A DNA stretch of 64,000 nt from an uncultured virus (IMG/VR IMGVR_UViG_3300025030_000083) (lineage: Duplodnaviria; Heunggongvirae; Uroviricota; Caudoviricetes), in the IMG/VR virus record IMGVR_UViG_3300025030_000083, positions 1 through 64,000 of that record. One strand, 5' to 3'. The translations under genes and the position numbers were made by a program. The notes below the pieces were generated by a model. The model did not search any database. It worked only from the letters and a program-made list of their open reading frames with translations, and was not told where the DNA came from. Positions 11,097-22,057 of this stretch are shown one piece after another; within the stretch, counting starts at the first letter, position 1; every line of letters begins with the position of its first letter.

Positions 11097-11579
11097 ATGC
11101 TTGAAAAAGTAATCAGCGGGGGGCAGCAAGGAGTAGACCGAGCAGCATTAGATTGTGCAATTTTCCTCGGAATCCCCCATGGAGGGTGGTGCCCAAAGGG
11201 GAGAACGGCAAAGGATGGGGTTATTCCTGCTAAATATAGATTACAGGAAACTGTTTCTGCTACCTATCCTCCACGAACCAGATTTAATATTGAGGATTCT
11301 GATGGTACTTTAATTTATACAGATGGGAAATATTCAAGGGGAACCGAATTAACTTTGAAAATCCTCAAAGAATGGAATAAGCCATATATAGTGGTTCCTT
11401 ATAATGAAGCATTTCCCAAAGGGATGCCCCTACCGTTCACTTCCGCTAAGGATTGGATTCTTGCCAAAGGAATTCATATTCTGAACGTGGCTGGACCTAG
11501 TGAATATAAACATGAAGGAATTTATAGGGAAGCGTATAACTTTCTGATTGAATTATTCCGAGAAGTAGGGAGGAAATAA
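11097..11579 (+). CDS. SLOG-family putative molybdenum carrier (MoCo_carrier-like) protein
   Basis: KVISGGQQGVDRAALD, HGGWCPKGRTA.DG, NI.DSDGTL, LNVAGP. Confidence 0.85.
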   Translation: MLEKVISGGQQGVDRAALDCAIFLGIPHGGWCPKGRTAKDGVIPAKYRLQETVSATYPPRTRFNIEDSDGTLIYTDGKYSRGTELTLKILKEWNKPYIVVPYNEAFPKGMPLPFTSAKDWILAKGIHILNVAGPSEYKHEGIYREAYNFLIELFREVGRK

Positions 11580-11738
11580 TGGACATAGAAGAAACTGATA
11601 TTGAAGTGTTGAAGGCGGCCGGTAGGATGTGGGACAATATCATAGCCAAAATCTCTGGTGGGGAAGGACATTATGAGAAAGAAAAGAAATCTTGCCAAGA
11701 GATGGGAATGACATATCAAGAGATGAAAGGAGAAGAAA

Positions 11739-12614
11739 ATGCATGTAAATGAAATTATCACTAAAAAAATTATAGATCAACTGGAAAAGGGGGTAGTGCC
11801 CTGGCATAAACCATGGAAAGTTTCATTTCCCAAGAATTTGGTCAGCAAGAAAGAATACAGAGGAATCAACGTTATTCTTTTGACGATGGAGGGGAGAGAG
11901 AGTCCCTACTGGCTGACGTTTAAGCAATCGAAGGATTTAGGTGGAAATGTAAAGAAGGGTGCCACTGGAGCGATTGTGTGTTACTTCAAGAGTTTAGAAT
12001 ACCTGGATGAGAATAGCAAAGACGGATTGAAAATAGTTCCTCTACTCAGATTTTACAAAGTATTTAACACAGATGATTGCGAAGGGATTGAAAACAAGAT
12101 TCCTCCAACGGTGAGCAGAATTATCAACAGAATTGAGGAATGTGAAAAGGTGGTAGAGAGTTACACAGATAAACCTGAAATATTTGGATCAGACCATGCA
12201 GCGTATGCCCCTCGCTCAGATGTAGTATATATGCCCGATATGAAAACGTTCGAATCTTCTGAAGCATATTACCAAGTTCTCTTTCATGAATTCGTTCACT
12301 CCACGGGGAATCCAAAGAGGGCCAACAGAGATGGATTTGATCGAGATACTTTTCCATCATTTGGATCGCCAGATTACAGCAAAGAGGAATTAATTGCAGA
12401 GATAGGATCAACTTTCCTTTACAGCAATGTGGGACTGGAATCCACGTTTGAGAATTCAGTTGCTTATATTCAAAGTTGGATGAAACGGTTGAAGGAGGAA
12501 CCAAGTTTGGTAATATCTGCAGCAAGTAAAGCGCAGAAGGCATTTGAATACATTCTCAAGATTTCCGAGAACAGGGTGCGCGAGACCGCTGAGAAAAAGG
12601 AGGGGGTGGCGTAA
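11739..12614 (+). CDS. ardC: ArdC-like ssDNA-binding antirestriction protein (DUF1738 plus zincin-like domain)
   Basis: GVVPWHKPW, YRGIN, WLTFKQ, VFN, HEFVHSTG, YSKEELIAEIGS, AYIQSW. Confidence 0.9.
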   Translation: MHVNEIITKKIIDQLEKGVVPWHKPWKVSFPKNLVSKKEYRGINVILLTMEGRESPYWLTFKQSKDLGGNVKKGATGAIVCYFKSLEYLDENSKDGLKIVPLLRFYKVFNTDDCEGIENKIPPTVSRIINRIEECEKVVESYTDKPEIFGSDHAAYAPRSDVVYMPDMKTFESSEAYYQVLFHEFVHSTGNPKRANRDGFDRDTFPSFGSPDYSKEELIAEIGSTFLYSNVGLESTFENSVAYIQSWMKRLKEEPSLVISAASKAQKAFEYILKISENRVRETAEKKEGVA

Positions 12615-14516
12615 ATGACTGAAAATAAATTAGTCGATTTTTTGTACATTTTGCTACGTGATGATATTACAGCGGGCAGAATAGAGCAAATTTTAAGAGA
12701 TCATATTGAGAAGTCAAGGGGAAAGACATCAGAATTTTGCAATCCTTATATACATGCATACTCCGTAGAATTAGCAAGACGAATTCAAGAGCAGGAGGTG
12801 GCATAATGTTGAAAGAAGAAAGGATTCTCAGGCAAAGTACAATGGTATGTGCCAAACCTTGTAATCATTGTAGGAATATATCAAAGGAAATAAATGCCTT
12901 GGTCGATGCAGTAGAAGACAGATGTGCAGAAATTATAAGGAAATGTAAAGGAATTCCCTTTGGTAGAATCGACACCGGAGGAAGAAAATGGATTTATGCT
13001 CAGTCTGATTTAGTGGCGGCAGCTATTCAAACAAAGAGGAAAAAATAATGGATAAAATAAGACCGTCCCATAGAATATTTTGCTTTAGGTGGGAATGTAC
13101 CAATTGCAAATACATAGTAGGATTTCTTCCTAATGATTTAGAACTTCCTTGCCCAAGATGCGATAAGGGGAAGGCAAAAGATTTCATATCTTTGGGATAT
13201 GGACCACTTGAGAAGGAGGAAGAAAGTGATTCAAGTTAAAGCATACAAAAAAGACAGAAAAAGAAAATATTGGATTACCTTGGTAACAGGCTCTAACAGA
13301 ACCCATTTGAGTACAATGGAGGCCGTTAGATTAATGACAGAGTTAAACCTAACTCTCACACTTGATAGGTCAGAAAGAATAAAAGCATTGAAAGGAAAAA
13401 AGAAATGATAGAAATTAAAATTGAAACAAATAACGATGTTTTCAAATCTAATTATTCTCAAGCTGTAAATTATGTAATTATGCAAGTTCAAAATATAGCT
13501 GATAGAATTGACCATAAAAAAATAACAATTCCGGTAGCATTTAAACTTTGGGATGAGAATGGAAATTCAATTGGATGGGCAAAGTTTGATAACAAATAAA
13601 GGAGGGACCATGGTAAATCATTATGGAGTTCAAGTAGATGTAGACAAACTAATTACAGGGGTATTTCAAATGAACAATTTAGAATTCATCGACGAAGATG
13701 CTTGGGCAGGAATTGATATGGCAATGGAAGAACATCTAGAAACTTGCGAAGATTACAAAGAAAAGGGGTACTGTAATTGCGGTCAAGTAGATGCAGATAC
13801 CCATTTAATAGGATTTACCAAAGACGATCAGGGATTCTTCAACCCTGATAAGGAATCAGAATATTCTGCTATCGTTAGATGGGATAGCAATGTTGTCCAA
13901 GTAATCCGATCCAATTGGGGAATTCGTTGTGCTCTCTGTTCCCCTTGCTATCCCGGTCAGGGGGATGGAGATACCCCAGGAGAATATTTAGCATACTCCG
14001 TACCGCCTGATGTGGTGGGGGATCACGGGAATCAAGAATTGAAGAAAAGAATATTTCTGGTAGGGGAGGAGGAGAAAAATGGAAAAGATTGAAAACATTG
14101 AAGAATTAATAGAAGAGATTGCTGAAGAAGTAGGTGGAGAGGTACGAGACAATTATAGTGGAAGGGCAATGTATGGAAGAACTTGCTATGGAATAGATTG
14201 CGATAATTTTTCCCGTTGCTTAGAAGTAGCAGGATCTAAGGGGGTATTTGGGGGCAAAGTAGATAACATGGGGAAAGGATGGATTGTTTACTGGCCCCAA
14301 TATACCAAAAAGGAGGAATAAATGGGAGAAAAACAATGTGCGGATTGCCGAAATGAGGAGCATGAAAACTATGACGATGATGTTCATCTCATGGCAGTAC
14401 GGGACCCAAAAACTAAGAAAATTCATCGTCGTGCTTACCTATGCGGAGAGCACCGAGGGATGTATTTAGACGATGGTTGGGAATTGTTAGATAATCATTC
14501 ATAAAGGAGGAATAAA

Positions 14517-14828
14517 ATGGCCATGAAACTATTAACAAAAGAAATTTTAAGCAAGTTGCCCCCTTTATACAGTCAGGAAAATAACCCCGATCCCACCGTT
14601 TGGGTAAAATTCTTCGATCCTACAGGAAGTTGGACTTGGTATGCAACGGAGGGATCTCCAGAGGGAGAGGATTTTTACTTTTTTGGGCTAGTTCAAGGAT
14701 TTGAAGATGAATTGGGAATGTTCTCTTTGAAGGAATTAACCAAGTTTAGAGGTAAGTTTGGATTAGGAATTGAAAGAGATAGATATTTCAAGCCCGTTCC
14801 ATTATCCCAATTGAAAAGGAGGAATTAA
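14517..14828 (+). CDS. DUF2958 family protein
   Basis: VKFFDPTGSWTWYATE, FFGLV.G.E.ELG.FSL.EL, IERDRYF. Confidence 0.85.
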   Translation: MAMKLLTKEILSKLPPLYSQENNPDPTVWVKFFDPTGSWTWYATEGSPEGEDFYFFGLVQGFEDELGMFSLKELTKFRGKFGLGIERDRYFKPVPLSQLKRRN

Positions 14829-14829
14829 A

Positions 14830-15129
14830 ATGAGCATAACATTTAGGATTAACAAAAAAGAATTGACGCTCGTGGAAAAAATAGCCCACCGAGCGGTTAA
14901 AATGGCCGATAGCGGGGGATGGCAATATGGAGAAAGGGATGCCCAAATGGATATAACTGCTTGTCATTGTAATGAAAATCCTTTGATGCTAAAAGAACTT
15001 TTAGATGCTGATGATTTTAATTTCGCCCACGATGTATTCGGCATCCGGAAAAACCTCGATCGCAATACCGGAAAGTTGTTAAATTTCTTTTTACCACGCT
15101 ATTCAATCAAGAAAGGAGAAAAAGCATGA
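14830..15129 (+). CDS. Conserved phage protein (DUF6874-like)
   Basis: MDITACH...LL.ADDFNFAHDVFGI..NLDR.TGKL...FLPR. Confidence 0.65.
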   Translation: MSITFRINKKELTLVEKIAHRAVKMADSGGWQYGERDAQMDITACHCNENPLMLKELLDADDFNFAHDVFGIRKNLDRNTGKLLNFFLPRYSIKKGEKA

Positions 15130-15485
15130 AAAAATGGGAATGCAAAAATTGTAGTAGAGTATTTGAAAAAGAGGATGAAGTAGTAATTGCCAGATGCCCC
15201 AACTGTAAGCAAACAAAAACCAAGAAGGTTAGTTTGACTCCTACAAAGGCTTATATCAAAGCCTTCATTCTGTACGAATCCGTCAAATGTCGGGAATGCG
15301 GTAGAAAGTTGAAAAGTGAGAAATCCATTAAGAGAGGATTTGGGCCAACTTGCGGAGCGTACTACGCTGAGAAATGGTTTGATAATCATCCTACTGAACT
15401 GGGGGACCGCGCCAAGAAAAAATGGACTTCAGAGGAAGTGGAATCCTTAATCAAGTTTGCTACTACCAGAAAGGAAAGCAAATGA
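15126..15485 (+). CDS. Zinc-ribbon protein with a DUF6011-like domain
   Basis: CKNC/CPNC ribbon plus CRECGRKLKSEKSIKRGFGPTC. Confidence 0.7.
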   Translation: MKKWECKNCSRVFEKEDEVVIARCPNCKQTKTKKVSLTPTKAYIKAFILYESVKCRECGRKLKSEKSIKRGFGPTCGAYYAEKWFDNHPTELGDRAKKKWTSEEVESLIKFATTRKESK

Positions 15486-16957
15486 AAAACATAGAATTGG
15501 CTTATATGCAAATAAGTGCCAAGCCTGGAACTAATATAGGGGAATGTTTCCAAGAGGCTCTCATTTTGGCAACTACCGAATGGAGGAACGTTAGATTAAT
15601 GCATAATAGCAAAATGTATTATATATAACCAAATGATTTGATAGGGGCAATAAAAGATAAAGGAGAAATTCAAGAAGAAAGAAAGGAGAAATTTGTCACC
15701 CCAGAAAAACATAGGGAAGACATATACAAATTGGATAATGCTGCTCATGATGCCATCTCCTATGTAGGCCTAGCGAATTATAAGGGGAGAGAAGCAGAAG
15801 CCCACCAAAGGATCACCAAATTAGAAAAGGAACTTTTATCATGAAAATAACTCTGGAACGTAAAAATGATCCTATCCTTAGATCCCCCATTTACATATTA
15901 ACGGTGGGTCTTCATAAGTATCATTACGAGAAACTCACTGATGTTTTACTCAGAGAGGCTATTTTGTTTGAACCTTCTCAGAAAGAAAAGAAACCTAGAC
16001 ATACCATGAAAGTTTCTAAGAAACCAAAGAAGTTTCCATTGGGAGATGTCATATTAAAAATATTACCAAAAAATGATTCTCCTGGTATACCAATGGGGGA
16101 TGTGATTCAACTTACTAAAACCCCCAGATCATTTAGTGCGTCAATTTGGGGAGCAGTGATGGGGAAATTGGTAAAGAAGGGAAAAGTTAAAAGTACAATA
16201 GTGAAAGGCATTAATTATTATAGGAGGGCAAAATGAAGAAAGATCCTATGAGCAGACAAATAGCACCAAGATGGGGAGGATTAAGTAATCTCAGAATGGC
16301 AGAGAAATTAACCTCTGGAGAATGCGTTGATCTGTCTTCTTGCAAAAGAACCAAGGAAGGGGATTATATCCTCACTCAATTTACTGAAGGGGTGGATTAT
16401 TGCGATGCTGATACAGAAAATTGGATTTGGTCTATCGGTTGTAATAATAAAACAGGGAAAATATTAGCATCTACCAGTGCTAAGTTTTATGATAATCCCT
16501 CATTCGTGTGTCTTTGGTTGAGGTGAATATGGATAACAATATAATTGAACACTGGGACAAAGATGAATTAGTTGCTATGGCAAACTCCGTTATATCTGAT
16601 GCAGATGAGATTCAAGGATTCTTGGCACTCCCACCAAATCCATTAAAAGGGCCGATAAATAAATTGGCGGGGAATATTTTAGTTTTAGGTATGTTGGTCA
16701 AAGAGATTTTGAGAAGATCAAATATTAAGTAAGGAGAAAATATGAGATTAGAAAGAAGAGATATATGGTTAGTGGGGTGGTGGAAAATACAAACAAGATC
16801 AAAAGAATTTACCGTAATGTCTGCTTTCTCAACCGAGAAGGAAGCGGAGGAAAAACAAGAATGGTATGAAAAAACATATACAAATAGGGAAGAAACGTAT
16901 GTAATTCAAAAAGTAAAAAGTTGGTTTCCAACGGAATGTTGAAGGAGAAAAAAAATA

Positions 16958-17881
16958 ATGGCCAATTATATAGAACTAAAAACAGAAGATTTCAAAGAAA
17001 TTTTTAATTCTTTACGCTTAAATTATCAAGAATTCGATAACCCCCGATCTGGAGAAATTCAATTCAAAGTTAAAACAGAACACCCCATAATTAGTGTTAT
17101 GATTTATTCTAGTGTAGACAAAAAAATGGGGGTAACAAGAGGAGTGGGGGAAGATGCAATTAGATTAGTTTTTTGGTCAGATAGAGATAATCGGCCTTTG
17201 GGAAAAGGAAAAAGGATCTACCGAGTTACCAATATGAAATCAATTTCCGATAGAATATCAAAAACAATAAAAGAGTTTCTTTCAAAAGCTCCTAATGAAT
17301 CTTTAACCGACTGGAGATATATCAAAGCCATATTAGAAGAAACGGTCAGAATTTCATCCAATCTGTCATTCGCAGAGAATCTTCTCACCGGATTGGAAAA
17401 GTACAAAAGTTTGACAGATGGGCAACTTGCCTATGTTTTGGGGGAAGTTTCTCCCAAAGGGTATGCAACCATGGAGGCGAAAATCCTGTCAAAAGGTTGG
17501 GTATATGATCCTACTTTCGTTGAAGTAGAAGAGGAAATCAGAGAACCAGGAGCCGACGAAAATGAATACGAAGCCCCTATCAAAGGGTGCGAGGCCCCTC
17601 AAGAAAACGGGAACGGGGGAGAGGACAGGGGGGAAAGAGATCGCCAAGTTCAAGTGGGAAAGTATAGCAACATAACAGTAGTATCGGACACTCCGGGGAT
17701 GGAATTAGTGCCCACTACCGGATACCCCTACAAATTTGAAAAATTTAACCCTGTTCAAAGTTTAGTATTCCCGTTTAGAAAAGATGATTGCAATTTGATT
17801 CTAGGATCTTCAACGAGTAGTGGTAAGACAATTGCAGCGGAGATAATTATGGAAGAAATTTTACGAGGGGGGAATCGGTGA
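16958..17881 (+). CDS. N-terminal fragment of a fractured Hel308/Ski2-like SF2 helicase (accessory domain, acidic linker, Q-motif, Walker A)
   Basis: Ends FEKFNPVQ...NLILGSSTSSGKTIAAEIIMEEILRGGNR*. The remaining helicase motifs are in 18833..20743. Confidence 0.85.
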   Translation: MANYIELKTEDFKEIFNSLRLNYQEFDNPRSGEIQFKVKTEHPIISVMIYSSVDKKMGVTRGVGEDAIRLVFWSDRDNRPLGKGKRIYRVTNMKSISDRISKTIKEFLSKAPNESLTDWRYIKAILEETVRISSNLSFAENLLTGLEKYKSLTDGQLAYVLGEVSPKGYATMEAKILSKGWVYDPTFVEVEEEIREPGADENEYEAPIKGCEAPQENGNGGEDRGERDRQVQVGKYSNITVVSDTPGMELVPTTGYPYKFEKFNPVQSLVFPFRKDDCNLILGSSTSSGKTIAAEIIMEEILRGGNR

Positions 17882-18843
17882 AAAGAAAGTTACTTTTAAT
17901 AAAACGAACCATTCCCAAATGTTTGTGTGGGTGCGGCAAAATAGTTAAATCAATAAGACATAATTTTATACATGGACATAATATTGTAATATTAATGAAA
18001 AATGATCCTAATTGGCATAAAAAATTAGAAAAGACAATGATGAAAAAATATGGAGTTAAAAATATTCAACAAATCCCAGAAGTAAGAAGTAGATCAGTAA
18101 AAACTAGAAAAGAAAGATATTCTCATTGGATGGGAAATCTAACAAAAAGTCAAATAGAAGAATTTAAACAAAATTGTTCAAAAGGTGGAAAAATAGGAGG
18201 AAAATCCACCGCAAAAAGATGGAAAGATAACCCAGAAGAATTTAACGAATTTTTAAGAAAAGGCCATGAATCTCAAAAAGGCCCCGGTAATCATTATGAA
18301 AATAGTAGAGGGATTAATAACCCCATGAATTTTCCGGGGATAAGAGAAAAACATAAACAAGCTGTTATAATAGCTATGAACAAAGAAGAAACGAAGAGGA
18401 AACAACGGGAAGGATACTACAAAAAATACGGAGTGCCCTATTTTGTACTAACTGAAGAACATATGAAAAGATTAAAAAATTGTTATTCAAAACCACATAA
18501 AGATCTATTTAATGCCTTACATAATATTGACCCCTCTTTTCAAAAAGAAAAATTAGTTCATACCAAAAAATCTTCTTATAGAGTTGATATTATAAACAAG
18601 CCCACAAAATTAATTATAGAATGCTACGGAGATTACTGGCATTGTAACCCTTTAATATGGAATCCAAATGATTATAATAAATCAATAAAAAGAACTGCCC
18701 AAGAAAAATGGAAAGAAGATGAAAGTAGAATTCAATCCATACAATCTGAAGGATTTAAAGTTTTAGTATTTTGGGAAATGGATATTATTCAAGATTTAGA
18801 GCAAATACTGCAAATTATAATAGGAGTAAAAAATGACAATTAA
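17878..18843 (+). CDS. Free-standing homing endonuclease (NUMOD-type repeats plus Vsr/DUF559-like nuclease) inserted in the helicase gene
   Basis: CLCGCG, KKYGV repeats, YRVDI...IIECYGDYWHCNP, GFKVLVFWE. Overlaps both helicase halves. Confidence 0.85.
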   Translation: MKRKLLLIKRTIPKCLCGCGKIVKSIRHNFIHGHNIVILMKNDPNWHKKLEKTMMKKYGVKNIQQIPEVRSRSVKTRKERYSHWMGNLTKSQIEEFKQNCSKGGKIGGKSTAKRWKDNPEEFNEFLRKGHESQKGPGNHYENSRGINNPMNFPGIREKHKQAVIIAMNKEETKRKQREGYYKKYGVPYFVLTEEHMKRLKNCYSKPHKDLFNALHNIDPSFQKEKLVHTKKSSYRVDIINKPTKLIIECYGDYWHCNPLIWNPNDYNKSIKRTAQEKWKEDESRIQSIQSEGFKVLVFWEMDIIQDLEQILQIIIGVKNDN

Positions 18844-20743
18844 GCAAGAAACAAAAAAAATATTGTACATGGCTCCGTTAAAATCGCTCAGTATGGAAAA
18901 ATATAATGATTGGAAAATCAGATTCCCCGACAAAAAAATATGTATTTTGACGGGGGATTACACCTTAACGGAAGAGAAATCAAGAGAACTTAATCAAGCC
19001 GATATAATCATTTGTACAAGCGAAATGGTAGACTCTCGTACCAGGAGAATGGGAACTGAGAAAGGATTTTGGCTGCACCAAGTGGGACTCCTAATAGTAG
19101 ACGAATCTCATATTTTAACTACATCAAGAGGTTCAGCAGTAGAAGCTGGAGTTATGAGATTTACGTCTATTAATAAAAATGCAAGAATTATTTTTCTATC
19201 CGCCACGATGCCAAACGTGGATGAACTAGGAGCTTGGCTTAAAACTTTAAACGGAAAAGAAACAAAGGTGATTTATTCTACTTGGCGTCCTGTAATTCTT
19301 CAATTTCATTATAAAGAATACCCCATCATAAGAACACGATTTGGAGGAGAAAGTTACCAAGCTGCTCAAGAAGCTAAAAAATCCATCGCTATTGAAATTG
19401 TTAAATCAAAACCTACTGAAAAGTTTTTAGTGTTTACTCATGATAAAGGAATTGGTAGAAGTCTTGTAAAACGATTTGCTGAAGAAGGAATAGAATCTCA
19501 ATTTCATAATGCAGATTTAGATTTAAATGAAAGACAAGAAATAGAGTCATCTTTTAGAAAAAGAGATGGTGGATTAAGAACTATGATTTCTACATCTACC
19601 ACTGCATGGGGTGTCAATCTCCCAGCAAGAAACGTAATTATAGTAGGCATTCATAGAGGAATTACAGAAGTAGATGAACTAGATATTCTGCAGATGTCAG
19701 GCAGAGCCGGAAGATACGGAATTGACTTGCAAGGAGACGTTTATTTAATCATTCCAGAAATGACTACAGAATCTTGGAAAGAAGTTTTTAGAAATCCAAG
19801 ACCTGTTACCTCCGTACTAAAATCTCACCAAGTTCTCGCATTTCACGTTTTAGCAGAAATTCAAAATAAAGTAGTAACGGACGCCAAATCTCTTCTTGCT
19901 TGGTACTCTCGTTCTCTAGCATATTTTCAAAAAGAAGAATTTACTATTGAAGATGCTAAAGGACTTTTAAACGATCTGGAAAAAATGGAAATGGTAATAA
20001 ATAAGGAGACTCATTACATTTTAACGGGGTTAGGAAAAGTATCAGGGTGGTTATATTTTTCACCTTACGACGTTTATCACTGGTTCAAGAATTTTGACCA
20101 ATTATTCGGAACCCCAAAAACAAACGATGTTTGTCCAGTTTGTAAACTTCCCAATATTATAACAGAACCCAAAATTTGTTGCGGATATTGTGGATGGTCT
20201 TATACAAAACCCATAGTAGATGATATATCCATATCATGGGCTTTAACAGATATTCCCTCGCATGATTGGGGGTACCTACCTAAAGAAATAAAAGATTTAG
20301 CGGAGGAAATGAGATGGAAACTTCGTAACCGGGGAATTATGGCGTCAGATGCTATACATTTTTCGTTGGCTGCTTATAAATTACTAAATGGAGATGAATT
20401 AGACGGTCCTTTGAAAACTAATGCTCGAACTATTAAATATGATATTCAACGAGTAATTCAGGCATTAAGTTTAATAGATTTTCATCATGGACGTTGGGAC
20501 AAAAAAGAATTTTGGAAAATTATCCCAATTAGAATTCAATATGGAATACCAGAGGAAATGATCCCCCTCGTAAAAATTCCAGGGATCGGGGGAGTTAAGG
20601 CACGCAAACTTTTTGATAGAGGGATTCATTCTTTACAAGATATCCTTGAAAAGACGGAGGTTTTGAAATCTATTTTTGTCCCCACATTCGTCAAGAAAAT
20701 ACAAAATGACGCCCGTAAAATAATATTAGCGGAGGGGAAATGA
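18833..20743 (+). CDS. C-terminal fragment of the Hel308/Ski2-like helicase
   Basis: Motif Ia YMAPLKSL, II VDESH, III LSATMPN, FHNADL, V STSTTAWGVNLPA, VI QMSGRAGR, winged helix, Zn-ribbon insert, C-terminal HhH IPGIGGVKARKL. Own AGGAG RBS. Confidence 0.9.
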   Translation: MTIKQETKKILYMAPLKSLSMEKYNDWKIRFPDKKICILTGDYTLTEEKSRELNQADIIICTSEMVDSRTRRMGTEKGFWLHQVGLLIVDESHILTTSRGSAVEAGVMRFTSINKNARIIFLSATMPNVDELGAWLKTLNGKETKVIYSTWRPVILQFHYKEYPIIRTRFGGESYQAAQEAKKSIAIEIVKSKPTEKFLVFTHDKGIGRSLVKRFAEEGIESQFHNADLDLNERQEIESSFRKRDGGLRTMISTSTTAWGVNLPARNVIIVGIHRGITEVDELDILQMSGRAGRYGIDLQGDVYLIIPEMTTESWKEVFRNPRPVTSVLKSHQVLAFHVLAEIQNKVVTDAKSLLAWYSRSLAYFQKEEFTIEDAKGLLNDLEKMEMVINKETHYILTGLGKVSGWLYFSPYDVYHWFKNFDQLFGTPKTNDVCPVCKLPNIITEPKICCGYCGWSYTKPIVDDISISWALTDIPSHDWGYLPKEIKDLAEEMRWKLRNRGIMASDAIHFSLAAYKLLNGDELDGPLKTNARTIKYDIQRVIQALSLIDFHHGRWDKKEFWKIIPIRIQYGIPEEMIPLVKIPGIGGVKARKLFDRGIHSLQDILEKTEVLKSIFVPTFVKKIQNDARKIILAEGK

Positions 20744-20843
20744 TTCTAAAGAAAAGATATATAGAATACGTTAGAATAGAAAACCTTCGAACACCATCTA
20801 ACAGTAGAGATCATAGAATGCGACGCCCCTGTATTCAAAACGA

Positions 20844-20918
20844 GGGTCCTTATCTCAATGGTAGAGAAAGCGGCCCATAACCGCTGCTATCCCGGTTCGA
20901 ATCTGGGAGGACCCACCA
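20844..20918 (+). tRNA. tRNA with CAU anticodon (probably Ile2; elongator Met not excluded), encoded CCA
   Basis: Cloverleaf: acceptor GGGTCCT/AGGACCC, D stem TCTC/GAGA, anticodon stem AGCGG/CCGCT with loop CCCATAA, T arm CCCGG-TTCGAAT-CTGGG, A73 then CCA. Confidence 0.9.
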
Positions 20919-21261
20919 AATATTAAGGGGGGATGAAAATGAAAACGTGGGACGAGATTCAGAAAGATGCTAAAAAGGGGCCTTTGAAAAAGAACAAGAA
21001 TTGGTTCTTAAATGAAAAAGAAAGGTTAGTTATATTGGCAGTTGGAAAATTGGTAGAAGAAGTCCAACGAAAAGTGGTGGAAGACTTCCATGACGGAGAT
21101 AAAAATTACGATTGCGATAGTTCTTTATGTAAAGCATTAAAAGAATTTAATAATATTAAATAATAGAAATAATGATTTACTTTTTAATGGGGACATTATT
21201 TAAAAGACTATGAAAAAAGTGGATAGAATGAAAGTCGCATGATTAAACGGAGGAGAATACT

Positions 21262-21471
21262 TTGATTTGGTTCCTTAGCGATACGCATTTCAACCATAGT
21301 GCGATAGTCACTTATTGCGGTCGCCCGTTTAAAGATGCGAAAGATATGGACGATACTATTATTCGAAATTGGAATGAAATAGTAAAACCAGAAGATACCG
21401 TTTATCGTTTAGGGGACTTCGCCTTATGCTATACAATGAATTTCTGGACAGAAATAAAGGAGAAAAAATGA
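21262..21471 (+). pseudogene. Truncated calcineurin-like metallophosphoesterase
   Basis: SDTHFNH, IIRNWN..V...D.VY.LGDF, then it stops before the GNHD and later motifs. Confidence 0.7.
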
Positions 21472-21968
21472 CAAAAAGAAATCCAGAGGATTACAAGAAA
21501 ATTATCATAAGATGGGCCGTTCAATTCTCCCCATCTTTGAAAGAAGACATAGATGATCTAATTCAAGAGGGGTATATGTGCTACATGGAACTATTAAAAT
21601 ATGAAGAAGAATATGGATTGGATTGCTCTTTCGAAGCTGCACTATCTAATCATATCAAAACTACTTTTCTTATTTTCTACAAAAAAAATAAGGCCGCAAA
21701 GAGAACGGGGGAAATGATAGATTTTGCTTATATGGAAGAAATGATGGGGAAAAACCCCTGGAGGAAAATAGAAGAATATATCAGTCTTTCGAAGGAAATG
21801 AGGGAGGTGGCAGATGTAGTTCTATCCGCTCCACAAGAGTTTATTGACTTAATACGAATGGAAGATTTTAAAACGGGTTTGTCCAAATATATGAGAAAAT
21901 ATAAAGGGTGGTCATTAAAGAAAGTAAACCAATTCTGGGAAGAATTCAAGTTAAAGGAAAACGTATAG
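21468..21968 (+). CDS. Sigma-factor-like protein (sigma70 region 2-like)
   Basis: DIDDLIQEGY...F.A.L...IK resembles sigma region 2. AAGGAG RBS before ATG 21468. Confidence 0.6.
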   Translation: MTKRNPEDYKKIIIRWAVQFSPSLKEDIDDLIQEGYMCYMELLKYEEEYGLDCSFEAALSNHIKTTFLIFYKKNKAAKRTGEMIDFAYMEEMMGKNPWRKIEEYISLSKEMREVADVVLSAPQEFIDLIRMEDFKTGLSKYMRKYKGWSLKKVNQFWEEFKLKENV

Positions 21969-21969
21969 G

Positions 21970-21995
21970 GTGAAAGTGTTAGAAATCCTGTAGTA
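21970..21995 (+). promoter_or_regulatory. Phage promoter-like motif, copy 2
   Basis: GTGAAAGTGTTAGAAATCCTGTAGTA, intergenic. Confidence 0.7.
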
Positions 21996-22057
21996 TACGT
22001 AGAGAGAATTTTTATAAGACATGAAAGGTAAATTCATACCTTTAAGAAAGAGGGCGT

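Noticed and set aside
17878..18843. Group I intron or intein explaining the helicase interruption
   Set aside because: The endonuclease ORF fills the whole gap, no intron core or intein blocks are visible, and the downstream half has its own RBS. RT-PCR is needed for a final answer.
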